Assembly (NCBI GenBank): GCA_016286245.1
Contig: JAEESG010000002.1
Span: forward strand, 1-63,432
Origin: Clostridiales bacterium
Lineage (GTDB): Bacteria; Bacillota; Clostridia; Oscillospirales; CAG-382
Direction of reading: 5' to 3'
DNA: 63,432 nucleotides
The notes beneath the pieces were generated by a model, which ran no database searches, was not told the DNA's origin, and saw only the letters and a program-made list of their open reading frames with translations. Of this stretch, positions 8,344-18,183 are shown in pieces. Each line of letters starts with the position of its first letter. Positions within the stretch are counted from its first letter, which is position 1. Made by a program: the position numbers and the translations under genes.

Positions 8344-9642
8344 TTACAGCGACGGGAAGACCGTATATTCGTCCGCCTTTACCGTCCTGAACTGACTGTA
8401 TTTTCCGCAAAATTCGAGAAACCTCGAAAGAATTCCGGGCGTGAGTGCTCCGTTTGAAAAAGATACGTGATGCGTCGCGGCGCGGCCTTCGTTCTTTTCG
8501 GCAATTTCCCGCACGAGAGCGTCGTACGCGCTCTGGGTTCTTGCGTAAACCGACGCGTCGAACGTATATCCGTATACCGAGTACCCGTTGTCTTTGAGCA
8601 GTTTTTCAATTCCGTTTTCCTTGAGCTCCCTTGCGTTCGCTCCTTTGATTCTCACGAATCTCGCCGTTTTCTTTGTTACAAGCTTCAGAGCCTCGTTTGC
8701 GCTCTTTATCTCCGAAAGAATATTCTGCGCCTCGTCCGATGCCGAAAAACCCTCGGTATAAGAAGACGCCGTCTGCGCGTAAATTCCTACGTTATGTCCC
8801 TCAACGAGGATTCTCCTTGCGGTTTCGGGGCTTTCGAGGATTTTCTCCTCCGTCATAAAGAAGGTCGCCTTGCAGTTATAAGAGGAAAGGACGTCGAGCA
8901 CGCTTTCGGTATATTCGTCGGGGCAGTTTTCAAACGTAAGATATATGTTTCTCGACAGCACGTTTTTGTACGGGTCGTTGTCCGGAGGCACGGTCGTCTG
9001 TCCGCCCTGCGTGCTTCCGTTTTCGCCCTGCGTGTCGGGCGGAGTCTGATCCGTATTCGTGTCTTCATTCTTTTTCGGGCTGTACATATCTATAAGTTCG
9101 GGCAGCGTGTATTTCGCCTTGCTGTCCGATACGCGCGCGGCGTGTATTCCGTCGGAGGCATTGTCGTAGCTTTCGAATTTCAGTCCCACGGCGTCGCACA
9201 CCGTCTTTGCCGGCACGTAGTAGGTTCTGTAGCACATCTGCACCGCCGCGTCGACCGTCTGTTCGGCGGTCGTCGTCGTTCCGGTTTCGAGGTCGAAGGC
9301 GATATAGTTGTTCGTATTCGTGTTGTTTATATAAAACCCGAACGAAAGCTTACTGTAAACGACCTCTATATACGAATACATCGCGAAAATCTCGAGGGGC
9401 ACGTATTCGACGGAATTCATCACGACGAGCGGAAAATTCTTTACGTTTTTATACGACGCGTCCTGCCGGTAAAGGTTGGGGACGACGTAAATACGGGAGC
9501 TGTCGCTTTCGTTGTTCATGTTCACGTAATTTGCGAACTTCGCGTCGTTGTACTGCGCGCTTTTTACGTTTCCCGAAAAGGCGGCGGCAAAGATCAGCGC
9601 CGAAAGCACGAGCGCTTTTATTTTTTTCGTCGGTTTTTTCAT
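8344..9642 (-). CDS. Secreted polysaccharide deacetylase family protein (NodB homology domain)
   Basis: Signal peptide MKKPTKKIKALVLSALIFAAAFS. NodB-like block NIYLTFENCPDEY...ATFFMT...GHNVGIY. The start at 9642 has an AGGAGG Shine-Dalgarno sequence. The longer ORF to 9738 would overlap the upstream gene. Confidence 0.75.
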   Translation of the reverse strand: MKKPTKKIKALVLSALIFAAAFSGNVKSAQYNDAKFANYVNMNNESDSSRIYVVPNLYRQDASYKNVKNFPLVVMNSVEYVPLEIFAMYSYIEVVYSKLSFGFYINNTNTNNYIAFDLETGTTTTAEQTVDAAVQMCYRTYYVPAKTVCDAVGLKFESYDNASDGIHAARVSDSKAKYTLPELIDMYSPKKNEDTNTDQTPPDTQGENGSTQGGQTTVPPDNDPYKNVLSRNIYLTFENCPDEYTESVLDVLSSYNCKATFFMTEEKILESPETARRILVEGHNVGIYAQTASSYTEGFSASDEAQNILSEIKSANEALKLVTKKTARFVRIKGANARELKENGIEKLLKDNGYSVYGYTFDASVYARTQSAYDALVREIAEKNEGRAATHHVSFSNGALTPGILSRFLEFCGKYSQFRTVKADEYTVFPSL

Positions 9643-9673
9643 CTGCGCGCCTCCTTTTTTGTTTTTTTGCCGT

Positions 9674-10429
9674 TTATTGTTCGCTTTTATCGCTTGTTTC
9701 CGTTTCGCCGTTTTCTTTTGCGTCCTCTTTGTCCGCATTCTTTTTCTTTACGTATTTTTCGTATCCGAGCCAGCCTATCGCGCTCAAAACCGCGGTTACG
9801 ACAAAAAGCACCGTCGCCGCGATATAATTTTCGTTATGTATGAGCATTCCTCCGACGGTGGACGACACGACCGACGGGATTCTCGCGATAAGCGATATTG
9901 CGAGAAACTCCCCGAGAGTCAGAGGCGTGAGCGCAAAGAAGTAAGTGAACAAATCCTTCGGCGTTCCCGGAATAAAGAACAGTATAAATGTTATCGTGCG
10001 CAGCTTGTCGTGGTCGTTTACGTATTTGCGCACAAATTTCAGGTTGTCAAGCTTGTCCTTTGCGTCAAAAAGGTCTATCGCCTTCATTCCGTATTTCTTT
10101 ATGAGAAGAAACATCAATGCGCTTGCAATCGCGACCCCTATATAGCATATGGCCGTTCCCATTATCGCGCCGAACGCGTATCCGAGTCCGACTTCGATTA
10201 TTTCTCCCGGAATAAAAGCGACGAATATCTGCAGCAGCTGTAGTCCGAGCCCGACGAGAACGCCCCTTGCGCCGAAAGACAGCACGTAGTCGCGGAAGCT
10301 CTCGGCGGAGCTGATTTCTCTGAAATTTACGGCAAAATATATCGTTATAAGCAAAAGAACCGCAACATAAACTATTACCAAAAGCACCGCAAGCAGTTTT
10401 TTTACTATCTGTTTTCTTTCCTCGTTCAT
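9674..10429 (-). CDS. TVP38/TMEM64 (DedA-related) family membrane protein
   Basis: Multi-TM protein with ..FIPGEIIEVGLGYAFG.. and ..FIPGTPKDL.. motifs typical of the family. The start at 10429 lies just downstream of the fur-family stop. Confidence 0.7.
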   Translation of the reverse strand: MNEERKQIVKKLLAVLLVIVYVAVLLLITIYFAVNFREISSAESFRDYVLSFGARGVLVGLGLQLLQIFVAFIPGEIIEVGLGYAFGAIMGTAICYIGVAIASALMFLLIKKYGMKAIDLFDAKDKLDNLKFVRKYVNDHDKLRTITFILFFIPGTPKDLFTYFFALTPLTLGEFLAISLIARIPSVVSSTVGGMLIHNENYIAATVLFVVTAVLSAIGWLGYEKYVKKKNADKEDAKENGETETSDKSEQ

Positions 10430-10448
10430 GTTTTTCCCCGTTTTTTGC

Positions 10449-10874
10449 TTATTTTTTCCTGTTTTTGCATTCGCCGCAGACCCCGTAAAGCACGGTTCTC
10501 GTGTTGTCGACGTCAAAATTATGGTGCTCTTTTACGTGCGCTTCAAGGTTTTCGAGATACTCGCAGCTTACGTGAAAAAGCTTGCCGCAGGACGTGCATT
10601 TAAGGTGAAAATGCGTTTCGCATTCGCTTTTTTTCGATTTTCCCGCATACTGGAAGCATGCGCTCTCCTGCGCAGACGTTATATATTTTCTTATTTCGCC
10701 GCACGCCGTCAGCTTTTCGAGCTGCCGGTAAACCGTTGCGGTCGAAACGTCCTTTTTTTCGTTTTGTAAAAGGGAAACTATCTCTTTTGCCGTCAGATGC
10801 CGGCTGCTGTTTTCCTTTAAGCAGTCAAGCACCGTTTTCTGGTGCTTTGTCCTTCTTGCATTGTTCTCGGCCAT
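10449..10874 (-). CDS. Fur-family metalloregulator (Fur/Zur/PerR type)
   Basis: The winged-helix region ends in ..ATVYRQLEKL... The C-terminal metal sites are HFHLKC..C and a CGEC pair. 141 aa. Confidence 0.85.
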   Translation of the reverse strand: MAENNARRTKHQKTVLDCLKENSSRHLTAKEIVSLLQNEKKDVSTATVYRQLEKLTACGEIRKYITSAQESACFQYAGKSKKSECETHFHLKCTSCGKLFHVSCEYLENLEAHVKEHHNFDVDNTRTVLYGVCGECKNRKK

Positions 10875-10904
10875 GTTTTCACCCGCTTTGTACGTTTTCT
10901 CGAT

Positions 10905-12371
10905 TTACTGCTCGTTCACAAGGTATGCAAAGCGTTCTCCGCGCTTCTCGAAGTTCGCAAATTCGTCAAACGACGCGCAGGCGGGCGACAAAAGCACGAT
11001 TTCTCCGCTTTTTGCGTTCTTTTTCGCAAGCCTTACCGCGCTGTCAAAATTTTCGCACATATTTATTTTCACGGGATTCTTTTTAAAATACCCGCTTTTC
11101 GTTACGGCGTCGTAAATCTTCTGCGCCGTGTGTCCCGCAACGTACAGCGTGCAGTTCTTTTCGCACAGCGGCTTTGCAAGCTCGTCGAACGGTATGTGCT
11201 TGTCGTATCCGCCGAGAATGATATTTATTTTTCCGTCGTACGCTTCCGAAAAGCACGAAAGCGCCGCCGCAGTTCTCGACGGAGAGGAATCGATGGAGCT
11301 GTTATAAAACTTAACACCGTCTTTTTCTTTTATGAGTTCAAGCCTGTGATGCACGCCCGTAAACGTTTTTGCGGTATTTTCGGCGTCGGTTTTTGCCGCA
11401 AAATCCTTTGTCGCGAGAATTGCCGCCATGTAGTTTTCGACGTTGTGAAGTCCGGGAATCAAAATATCGTCCCTCGAAAAATATTTTTCTCCGTCTATAT
11501 AAATGTTTCCGCCCTCAAGCGACGCGCCCGATTCCGTTTTTCCGTCGTACGCCGAAAAGTCCGAAACGAAAAGGTCTTGCGCTCTTGCTTCTGTCGCAAA
11601 CGCCTTTACGTACTCATCGCTCCTCCTGTTTATCACAAGCTTTGCCCCGACGTTTGCGTGCGAGAACACCGCTTTTTTTGCGTTTGCGTATTCGTCCATA
11701 TCGGTATGCCAGTCGAGGTGGTTTGGCGAAATGTTCGTGATAACTCCCACGTCGGGAAAGATTACGTGCGCAAAAGGCAGTCCCTTGTTTTCAAATCTGT
11801 TTATGGTGTGAAGCTGAAAGCTTGAAAGCTCAAGCACCGTGAAATCTTCGGGCGCAATTTCGTCAACAACTCTCAAAAGCGGGTTTCCGATGTTTCCGCC
11901 GAGCCACACCTTGTGCCCCGCGCGTTTTAATATCTCCGACGTAAGCGTCGTGGTCGTCGTCTTGCCGTTGCTTCCCGTAACAACTATGATTTTCGACGGG
12001 CACAGCGACAGAAAAGCTTCCATTTCCGACGTTATGAGCGCGCCGTTTTGGTAAGCCTTCATTATTTCGGGCTTGTCAAAGCGCACCCCGGGGCTTTTGT
12101 AGACGATTTCCTCGCGTATGTCATCAAGATAGTTTTCGCCCGTAATAAACTTCACTCCGTCTTTTTCGAGCTTTTCAATATTGAGATTTTTGTTTTCGGA
12201 AAGCGCTTCTTTGGTCTTTTTGTCCCTTGCGACAACCTCTGCGCCGTTTTCCAGAAGGAAAGAGATAAGCGGAATATTGCTTATTCCGACGCCGATTACC
12301 GACGCCGTTTTTCCTTTTAAGAATTCCTTATAAAGTCTTAATTTCTCGTTGAAATAAGGTGTTTCGGGCAT
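10905..12371 (-). CDS. murD: UDP-N-acetylmuramoyl-L-alanine--D-glutamate ligase
   Basis: Mur ligase P-loop GSNGKTTTT, the MurD-type N-terminal Rossmann motif (GVGISNIPL), and a typical length. Confidence 0.9.
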   Translation of the reverse strand: MPETPYFNEKLRLYKEFLKGKTASVIGVGISNIPLISFLLENGAEVVARDKKTKEALSENKNLNIEKLEKDGVKFITGENYLDDIREEIVYKSPGVRFDKPEIMKAYQNGALITSEMEAFLSLCPSKIIVVTGSNGKTTTTTLTSEILKRAGHKVWLGGNIGNPLLRVVDEIAPEDFTVLELSSFQLHTINRFENKGLPFAHVIFPDVGVITNISPNHLDWHTDMDEYANAKKAVFSHANVGAKLVINRRSDEYVKAFATEARAQDLFVSDFSAYDGKTESGASLEGGNIYIDGEKYFSRDDILIPGLHNVENYMAAILATKDFAAKTDAENTAKTFTGVHHRLELIKEKDGVKFYNSSIDSSPSRTAAALSCFSEAYDGKINIILGGYDKHIPFDELAKPLCEKNCTLYVAGHTAQKIYDAVTKSGYFKKNPVKINMCENFDSAVRLAKKNAKSGEIVLLSPACASFDEFANFEKRGERFAYLVNEQ

Positions 12372-12406
12372 GTTTACTATCCTTTCGGAGCTGTTTTGTA
12401 TAATAA

Positions 12407-13891
12407 TCAGAATTCGAGAACGGCTTTTGCCATTTCCGTCTTGTCAAGCACCGTATCAAACCTGATTTTCTTTCCGAAAAGTTCGGAAATGGGCTTCGGA
12501 ACCGCCGTTTTCGTGTATTCCGACAGTGCGTTTATCACGTCTTTGTCGTCGTCCGGATTTTTTGCGCTCCTTCCGAGCGACGAAAGCACGTCGGGCGCGA
12601 ATTTGTACGGACTTGCGGTGGAAACGACTATGTTTTTAAGTCCCGCGCCTTCGTCTTTTTCGAACTTTCTTGCGGCGCACAGAGCCACCGCCGTATGCGT
12701 GTCGCAAAGGTAGTTTTGCTTTTCAAAAGTTTGTCTTATCGTGTCGGCGCACTCCTTTTCGGTTGCGAAATACGCGCAAAAATTCTCTTTTATCCGTTCA
12801 AGTTCGTCCTTTTCAATTTCATATCTTCCCTTTTCCGACAATTCTTTCATGTAAAACGCGGTTTTTTCGGGGCCGCACACGAGATACAGCAGTCTTTCGA
12901 GGTTTGACGATATGAGAATATCCATAGACGGCGACATCGTCGTGTAAAACTTTCGGTTTCTGTCGTAAACGCCCGTCGAAATAAAGTCGGTCAGAATATT
13001 GTTGCTGTTGGACGCGCAGACAAGCTTGTTTACGGGAAGTCCCATGAGTTTTGCGATGTAGGCCGCGAAAATATTGCCGAAATTGCCCGTCGGGACGGTA
13101 ATATTTACCTTTTCGCCGGGAGTTATCCCGTTTTTATCAAGCATATCGCAGTACGCCGAGAAATAGTACACTATCTGCGGTGCGAGCCGTCCGAAATTTA
13201 TCGAGTTTGCGCTGGACAGAAACGTGTTTTTCTTCAATAATTTTTCCTTGATGTCCGCCGACGAGAAAATGTTCTTTACCCCCGTCTGCGCGTCGTCAAA
13301 GTTGCCTTTTATCGCAAAGACCGCAACGTTTTCTCCCTCCTGCGTCGCCATCTGCATTTTCTGCATTCTGCTCACGCCGTTCTGAGGATAGAAGACGGCG
13401 ATTTTTACGCCTTTTACGTCGCGATAGCCCTCAAGCGCGGCTTTTCCGGTGTCTCCCGACGTTGCGACGAGTATCTTTGCCGTCTTTTTTTCGCCCGTCA
13501 TTTCGAGCGCCTTTGAGAGCAGGCGCGGCATTATCTGAAGCGCCATGTCCTTGAACGCGCAGGTCGGCCCGTGCCACAGCTCGAGCATGCTTATATTTTC
13601 ATCTTTCAGCGCCGAAACCTTTGCGTTTTCTCCGTCAAACGTATAGTTATACGCCTTGTCGGCGCAGTCAAGAAGGGTTTCCTTCGTATAATCGGTCAGA
13701 AAAAGCGAAAGCACCTCCGACGCCCTCTCGTAATATTTAAGAGTACGGAGCTTTTGCAGAAATTTTCCGTCAATTTTCGGTATTCTTTCGGGCATATACA
13801 GTCCGCCGTCGTCGGAAAGCCCCTTTATTATAACCTCAGCCGCCGTTTTTGCGTTTTCCTTTTTCGCACTTCTCGTGCTGTAATAGTTCAT
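12407..13891 (-). CDS. thrC: Threonine synthase (long form)
   Basis: MNYYSTRS.. N-terminus, PLP lysine context GPTCAFKDMALQ, SGDTG, 494 aa. Confidence 0.9.
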   Translation of the reverse strand: MNYYSTRSAKKENAKTAAEVIIKGLSDDGGLYMPERIPKIDGKFLQKLRTLKYYERASEVLSLFLTDYTKETLLDCADKAYNYTFDGENAKVSALKDENISMLELWHGPTCAFKDMALQIMPRLLSKALEMTGEKKTAKILVATSGDTGKAALEGYRDVKGVKIAVFYPQNGVSRMQKMQMATQEGENVAVFAIKGNFDDAQTGVKNIFSSADIKEKLLKKNTFLSSANSINFGRLAPQIVYYFSAYCDMLDKNGITPGEKVNITVPTGNFGNIFAAYIAKLMGLPVNKLVCASNSNNILTDFISTGVYDRNRKFYTTMSPSMDILISSNLERLLYLVCGPEKTAFYMKELSEKGRYEIEKDELERIKENFCAYFATEKECADTIRQTFEKQNYLCDTHTAVALCAARKFEKDEGAGLKNIVVSTASPYKFAPDVLSSLGRSAKNPDDDKDVINALSEYTKTAVPKPISELFGKKIRFDTVLDKTEMAKAVLEF

Positions 13892-13916
13892 TTTTATTCC
13901 GTCCTTTTCGGGTTAA

Positions 13917-14864
13917 TTACAGATTTTTTACAAAGAAATTGTACGCGTTGTTATAGAAAAGGTCTTCAACAAGCGCGCTTTGCGCTCCGTTTTTTTCGAG
14001 GTATTCCCCGAGAAGCGCGGTTTTAGACGCCTTTTCAAGTCCCTTTATCTTTTCCGTTCCGTCAAAATCGGAGCCGAAGCATACGTTTTTGTCGCTGCCC
14101 TTTTCTATAAAATGCACTATGTGCTTTACTACGGTGTCGTAAACGAATTCCTTGCTGTAAAGCGCCTCTTTCTTTTCGGCGAACACTTTTGCAAGGTGTT
14201 TTTTCACAAAATCGACTCCGACTATTCCGCCGCGGGCAATTACGGTACGCAGCTGCGTGTCGGTTATGTTTCTCGGGTGTGCGCATACGGTAAAGGAATT
14301 CGAGTGGGACGCCAAAAAAGGCTTTTGCGCGACGTTTGCAAAGTCCCAGAAGCTCTTTTCCGACATGTGCGACACGTCGATTATTATTCCCTGCTTTTCG
14401 CATTCCTTTACGACGTCAAATCCGAAATCGGAAAAGCCCTCGTCGGTATCATACGCGCCGCATACGGCGTTTACTCCTTCGTGCGCAAGCGTTAAAATCC
14501 TCACGCCGTATTCGCGGAGTATCGCGATTCTCGAAATATCCTTTTCGATGAGCCTTGCTCCCTCGACCGCGGGAATGATTTTAAGTCTGCCGTCCTCTTT
14601 TTCCAGCGTGTCCGCGTCGGTGCACAGCACGGCCTTATCCTCGTTTTTTGCGATTTCGTTCTGCATATATCCGAAAATCTCGAAAAATTCTCCGTAATTT
14701 TCCGATTCTTCCTTACTGTTATCCGACCAAATCGCGAAAACCTGCGCCTTTTTTTCGTATCCGTCAACGCTTTCAAGGTCGAAAGCAAGGTCGTTTTGCG
14801 CAAGCTCTCTTTTTTTATGATACATTTCGAACGCGGTATCGCAGTGCAAATCAAAATAATTCAT
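13917..14864 (-). CDS. Membrane dipeptidase, peptidase family M19
   Basis: The DLHCDT motif sits at the N-terminus when the start is taken at 14864 (MNYFDLHCDT). Also ..DVSHMSEKSFWD.., ..SHSN.. and ..GSDFDG... Confidence 0.8.
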   Translation of the reverse strand: MNYFDLHCDTAFEMYHKKRELAQNDLAFDLESVDGYEKKAQVFAIWSDNSKEESENYGEFFEIFGYMQNEIAKNEDKAVLCTDADTLEKEDGRLKIIPAVEGARLIEKDISRIAILREYGVRILTLAHEGVNAVCGAYDTDEGFSDFGFDVVKECEKQGIIIDVSHMSEKSFWDFANVAQKPFLASHSNSFTVCAHPRNITDTQLRTVIARGGIVGVDFVKKHLAKVFAEKKEALYSKEFVYDTVVKHIVHFIEKGSDKNVCFGSDFDGTEKIKGLEKASKTALLGEYLEKNGAQSALVEDLFYNNAYNFFVKNL

Positions 14865-14906
14865 AAATATCAGTCTTTCTCCGGAAATTCTGCGTTTTCG
14901 CAAAAT

Positions 14907-15269
14907 TCAGCAAAATGCGTTTTTTATATATTTTACGTACGGTTTTTCGTCTTGTCCGCCCACGCACGCAACGTCGAATCTTGTGTCAAGCGACGACACG
15001 TACCCGGTGTTTTGATATTCTTTAAGAAACTCGTTTGCCGTGGCGATTATTCTGTTTCTCTTTGTCTGATTTACGGCTTTTGCGGGATCCCATCCGTCGG
15101 TTTCGCGCAGTTTTACCTCGGTAAAAACGATAAGTCCTTCTTTTTCGGAAATAATGTCGATTTCTCCGTTTTTCCCGACGTAATTGCGGCAGATTATCCT
15201 GTATCCGTTCTTTTTCAGATAGTTTTCGGCAAGGCTTTCGCCGAAATCGCCCTTATTTCTCGTGCTCAT
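14907..15269 (-). CDS. yraN: YraN-family (UPF0102) endonuclease-like protein
   Basis: GDFGESLAENYLKKNGYRIICRNY..GEIDII...VFTEVKLR signature. The start at 15269 overlaps the rnhB stop by 4 nt (ATGA). Confidence 0.8.
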   Translation of the reverse strand: MSTRNKGDFGESLAENYLKKNGYRIICRNYVGKNGEIDIISEKEGLIVFTEVKLRETDGWDPAKAVNQTKRNRIIATANEFLKEYQNTGYVSSLDTRFDVACVGGQDEKPYVKYIKNAFC

Positions 15270-15901
15270 TTTCCGTTTTTGCTCTCGAAATATTTTTTGA
15301 AAAAGCTCTCTCTGTGCTCCTTGCACAGCCCGTACTTATCCACCGCCGCGTAGTGCTCTTTCGTGCCGTAGCCCTTATGTTTTGCAAAATTATACTCGGG
15401 AAACTCCCTGTCGAGATATTCTACGCAGTATTTGTCCCTTTCGGTTTTGGCAAGAATGGACGCCGCCGCAACCGACGGGCATTTTGCGTCTCCGCCGACG
15501 ACCGCTGTCGACGGAATACGTATATTTTTGTTGGAATTTCCGTCAATAATCGCAAATTCCGCCTTTTTGTCAAGCCCCGAAATCGCCCTGTTCATCGCGA
15601 GCAGCGCGGCGTTTAATATGTTAATTTCCTCAATTTCGTCCTTTTCGGCAAACGCAACGCAGTAAGAGATCGCGTATTTTTTTATGCTCTGCGCGAGCGC
15701 CTCCCTCTTTTTTTCGCTGAGTTTCTTTGAGTCGTTAAGATTGGAAAGCTCTTCTATGCCGCACGCGTTTTCGGGAAGGATAACCGCCGCGGCGTATACC
15801 CTTCCCGCAAGCGGGCCGCGGCCCGCCTCGTCTACGCCGCAAACGCGTTCGCTCTTTATATTTTTGTTCTCATAAAGCGATTTTTCAAAATCAAACGTCA
15901 T
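15266..15901 (-). CDS. rnhB: Ribonuclease HII
   Basis: GVDEAGRGPLAGRV catalytic motif; ..DSKKLS..; 211 aa. Confidence 0.9.
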   Translation of the reverse strand: MTFDFEKSLYENKNIKSERVCGVDEAGRGPLAGRVYAAAVILPENACGIEELSNLNDSKKLSEKKREALAQSIKKYAISYCVAFAEKDEIEEINILNAALLAMNRAISGLDKKAEFAIIDGNSNKNIRIPSTAVVGGDAKCPSVAAASILAKTERDKYCVEYLDREFPEYNFAKHKGYGTKEHYAAVDKYGLCKEHRESFFKKYFESKNGK

Positions 15902-15914
15902 TTCGTTTCCCTTT

Positions 15915-18161
15915 TCAGAACAAGCTTTCCTGGTCGTCCTTTCCGACGCCGGTACCGGCGCTCGGAAGCTTTGATTTTCTGAATTTCGAGAAGTTTTTCA
16001 TTTCTTCCGAGCCGTCGTCGTAAAATTCCTTTACGCTTTCGACCTTATGCCCTTTTTTGAGCGTAAATACCGTCGCTCCCGACGACGTTCTCGTAACCTT
16101 TTTGGTGAGCTGCGACGAGTTCATTATAATATATTTGCCCGCCGACGATTTGAGAATGTATTCGGTGTAAAATCCGCGCCCCGTATGCTCGGGAACAAAA
16201 AATATTCCCGCGGCCTTCGAGCCCTTGAAAAATCCGTTCGTAAGCTTTTTCCTGTTGGTCTTCGTTTCGTATACGGCAAGCGGTATTGACAGCGCCTTTC
16301 CGTTTTCAAAGAAGATCGCCGCGTCTCCCTTGTAATCCGCCGTTGCAAGCATGCTCACCGTCTTTTCGTTTTCGGCAAAGCCGAGCTTTACCGGAATATA
16401 TTCGCCGAGCGACGACGGCTTTACCACGTCGAAATCGTCCGCCTTCGCCTTATACACGTTTCCTTCGTCGGTAAAGAACAGAATATCATACTCGTTTGAT
16501 ATGTCGAGCGTGCATTTTATCGCGTCTCCCGCCTTTAACGTCTGGTCGTCGGTCGCTTTTTTGTCGCCCTTTGCCGGCAGAAGCTTCTTGAAATAGCCTT
16601 CGTTTGTGAGAAGCACCGTTACCGGATATTTTTCGGGCTCGCGGGAGGGTATCTCATGTTCCTCGTACTCATATACGATTTCGGTTTTTCTTGCGCGCGC
16701 GTATTTTTTCTTGATTTCGGAAAGCTGTTTTGAAATGAGGCTTTTAACCTTTCTTTCGCTGTGCAGAATTTCGTCGGTTTCCGAAATTTTCTTTTCAAGC
16801 TCCTCTTTTTCGCTTATTCTCTTTATTATATATTCTTTGTTGAGGTTGCGCAGTTTTATTTCGGCAATGTATTCCGCCTGCGTTTCGTCGACGTCAAAGC
16901 CGCGCATGAGGTTGGGAATTACGTCCTTTTCGTTTTCCGTCTTTCTGATTATGCTTATCGCCTTGTCGATGTCGAGCAGCAGTTTTTCAAGTCCGTAAAG
17001 CAGATGAAGCTTTTCCTTCATCTTTGACAAATCAAAGTAAAGCTCCCTTTTTACGCACTCCGTGCGCCATGCAAGCCACTCGTCGATAATTTCGCCCACT
17101 CCCATGATTTTCGGCGTGCCCTCTATGAGCACGTTGAAATTGCACGAAAAGCTGTCTTCGAGAGGGGTAAGGCGGTAAAGCTTGTTCATGAGCTTTTCGC
17201 TGTCGGCGCCGCGCTTTAAGTCTATTGCGATTTTAAGTCCCGAAAGTCCCGTTTCGTCTCTTATATCGGATATTTCGGTAATTTTCTTTTCCTTGACGAG
17301 CAGCGCCGTCTTGTCGATTATCGCCTCGACCTTTGCCGTGTAGGGAATTTCGGTTATTTCGATGCAGTTGTCCTTTTTGTTGTATTCGTATTTCGCCCGC
17401 ATTTTGAAGGAGCCTTTTCCGCTGCGGTAAATCTCCGACATCTGCTCCCTGTCGTAAAGCAGATACGCTCCCGTGGAAAAGTCGGGCGCCTTTATTATAT
17501 CGAGAAAATCGACGTTTTCGTTCTTTATATACTCGCAGACCGCGTCGCACACTTCGCCGAGGTTGAAAGAGCATATATTCGACGCCATTCCGACCGCAAT
17601 GCCCGTGTTCGGGGACACGAGAATGTTCGGAAACGCCGTCGGCAGAAGCACCGGTTCCTTTACCGTTCCGTCGTAGTTGTCGACGAAATCGACCGCGTCC
17701 TTGTCTATTCCCGAAAAAATCGTATTGCAGAACTCGTCAAGCTTCGCCTCGGTGTATCTCGGCGCCGCGCAGACCATATCGGAATACTGTTTTCCGAACG
17801 AGCCCTTTGAATCGACGAAGGGATGAAGCAGCGCCTCGTTTCCCCTGGTGAGTCTTACCATGGTATCGTAAATCGCCGCGTCTCCGTGCGGATTAAGCTT
17901 CATCGTCGCGCCCACGATATTCGAGGACTTGGTCCTCTCGCCCTTAAGCAGCCCCATATTGTACATGGTATAAAGAAGCTTTCTGTGGGCGGGCTTGAAG
18001 CCGTCTATTTCGGGAATAGCTCTTGAAATGATAACGCTCATGGCGTAGGGCATATAGTTTTTCTTTAACGTTTCGACAATGCCCTCGTCGGTGATTACCG
18101 CGTTTTTCAAATCAAATTCTTCCGTTTTTGCCTGTTTTTTTCTCGTTTTTCTTTCCGCCAT
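15915..18161 (-). CDS. Type IIA topoisomerase subunit A (GyrA/ParC family), 748 aa
   Basis: YAMSVIISRAIPEIDGFKPAHRKLLY, HPHGD-like NPHGDAAIY, and catalytic Tyr context AAPRYTEAKL. The C-terminal domain is short and I saw no obvious GyrA box. No B subunit is adjacent. Confidence 0.85.
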   Translation of the reverse strand: MAERKTRKKQAKTEEFDLKNAVITDEGIVETLKKNYMPYAMSVIISRAIPEIDGFKPAHRKLLYTMYNMGLLKGERTKSSNIVGATMKLNPHGDAAIYDTMVRLTRGNEALLHPFVDSKGSFGKQYSDMVCAAPRYTEAKLDEFCNTIFSGIDKDAVDFVDNYDGTVKEPVLLPTAFPNILVSPNTGIAVGMASNICSFNLGEVCDAVCEYIKNENVDFLDIIKAPDFSTGAYLLYDREQMSEIYRSGKGSFKMRAKYEYNKKDNCIEITEIPYTAKVEAIIDKTALLVKEKKITEISDIRDETGLSGLKIAIDLKRGADSEKLMNKLYRLTPLEDSFSCNFNVLIEGTPKIMGVGEIIDEWLAWRTECVKRELYFDLSKMKEKLHLLYGLEKLLLDIDKAISIIRKTENEKDVIPNLMRGFDVDETQAEYIAEIKLRNLNKEYIIKRISEKEELEKKISETDEILHSERKVKSLISKQLSEIKKKYARARKTEIVYEYEEHEIPSREPEKYPVTVLLTNEGYFKKLLPAKGDKKATDDQTLKAGDAIKCTLDISNEYDILFFTDEGNVYKAKADDFDVVKPSSLGEYIPVKLGFAENEKTVSMLATADYKGDAAIFFENGKALSIPLAVYETKTNRKKLTNGFFKGSKAAGIFFVPEHTGRGFYTEYILKSSAGKYIIMNSSQLTKKVTRTSSGATVFTLKKGHKVESVKEFYDDGSEEMKNFSKFRKSKLPSAGTGVGKDDQESLF

Positions 18162-18183
18162 TTATTTTCTCTTTCCAAAAATT

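Noticed and set aside
8467-9843. Long plus-strand ORF (458 aa). Similar long antisense ORFs occur at 10842-11825, 38031-38939, 52348-53259, 53380-54267, 54818-55624 and 55821-56750.
   Set aside because: Each lies entirely antisense to a CDS with strong family motifs (deacetylase, murD, M23 peptidase, Clp ATPase, nucleotidyltransferase, htpG). Their products are R/F/V-rich low-complexity strings without motifs or Shine-Dalgarno sequences. They are shadow ORFs of the real genes.
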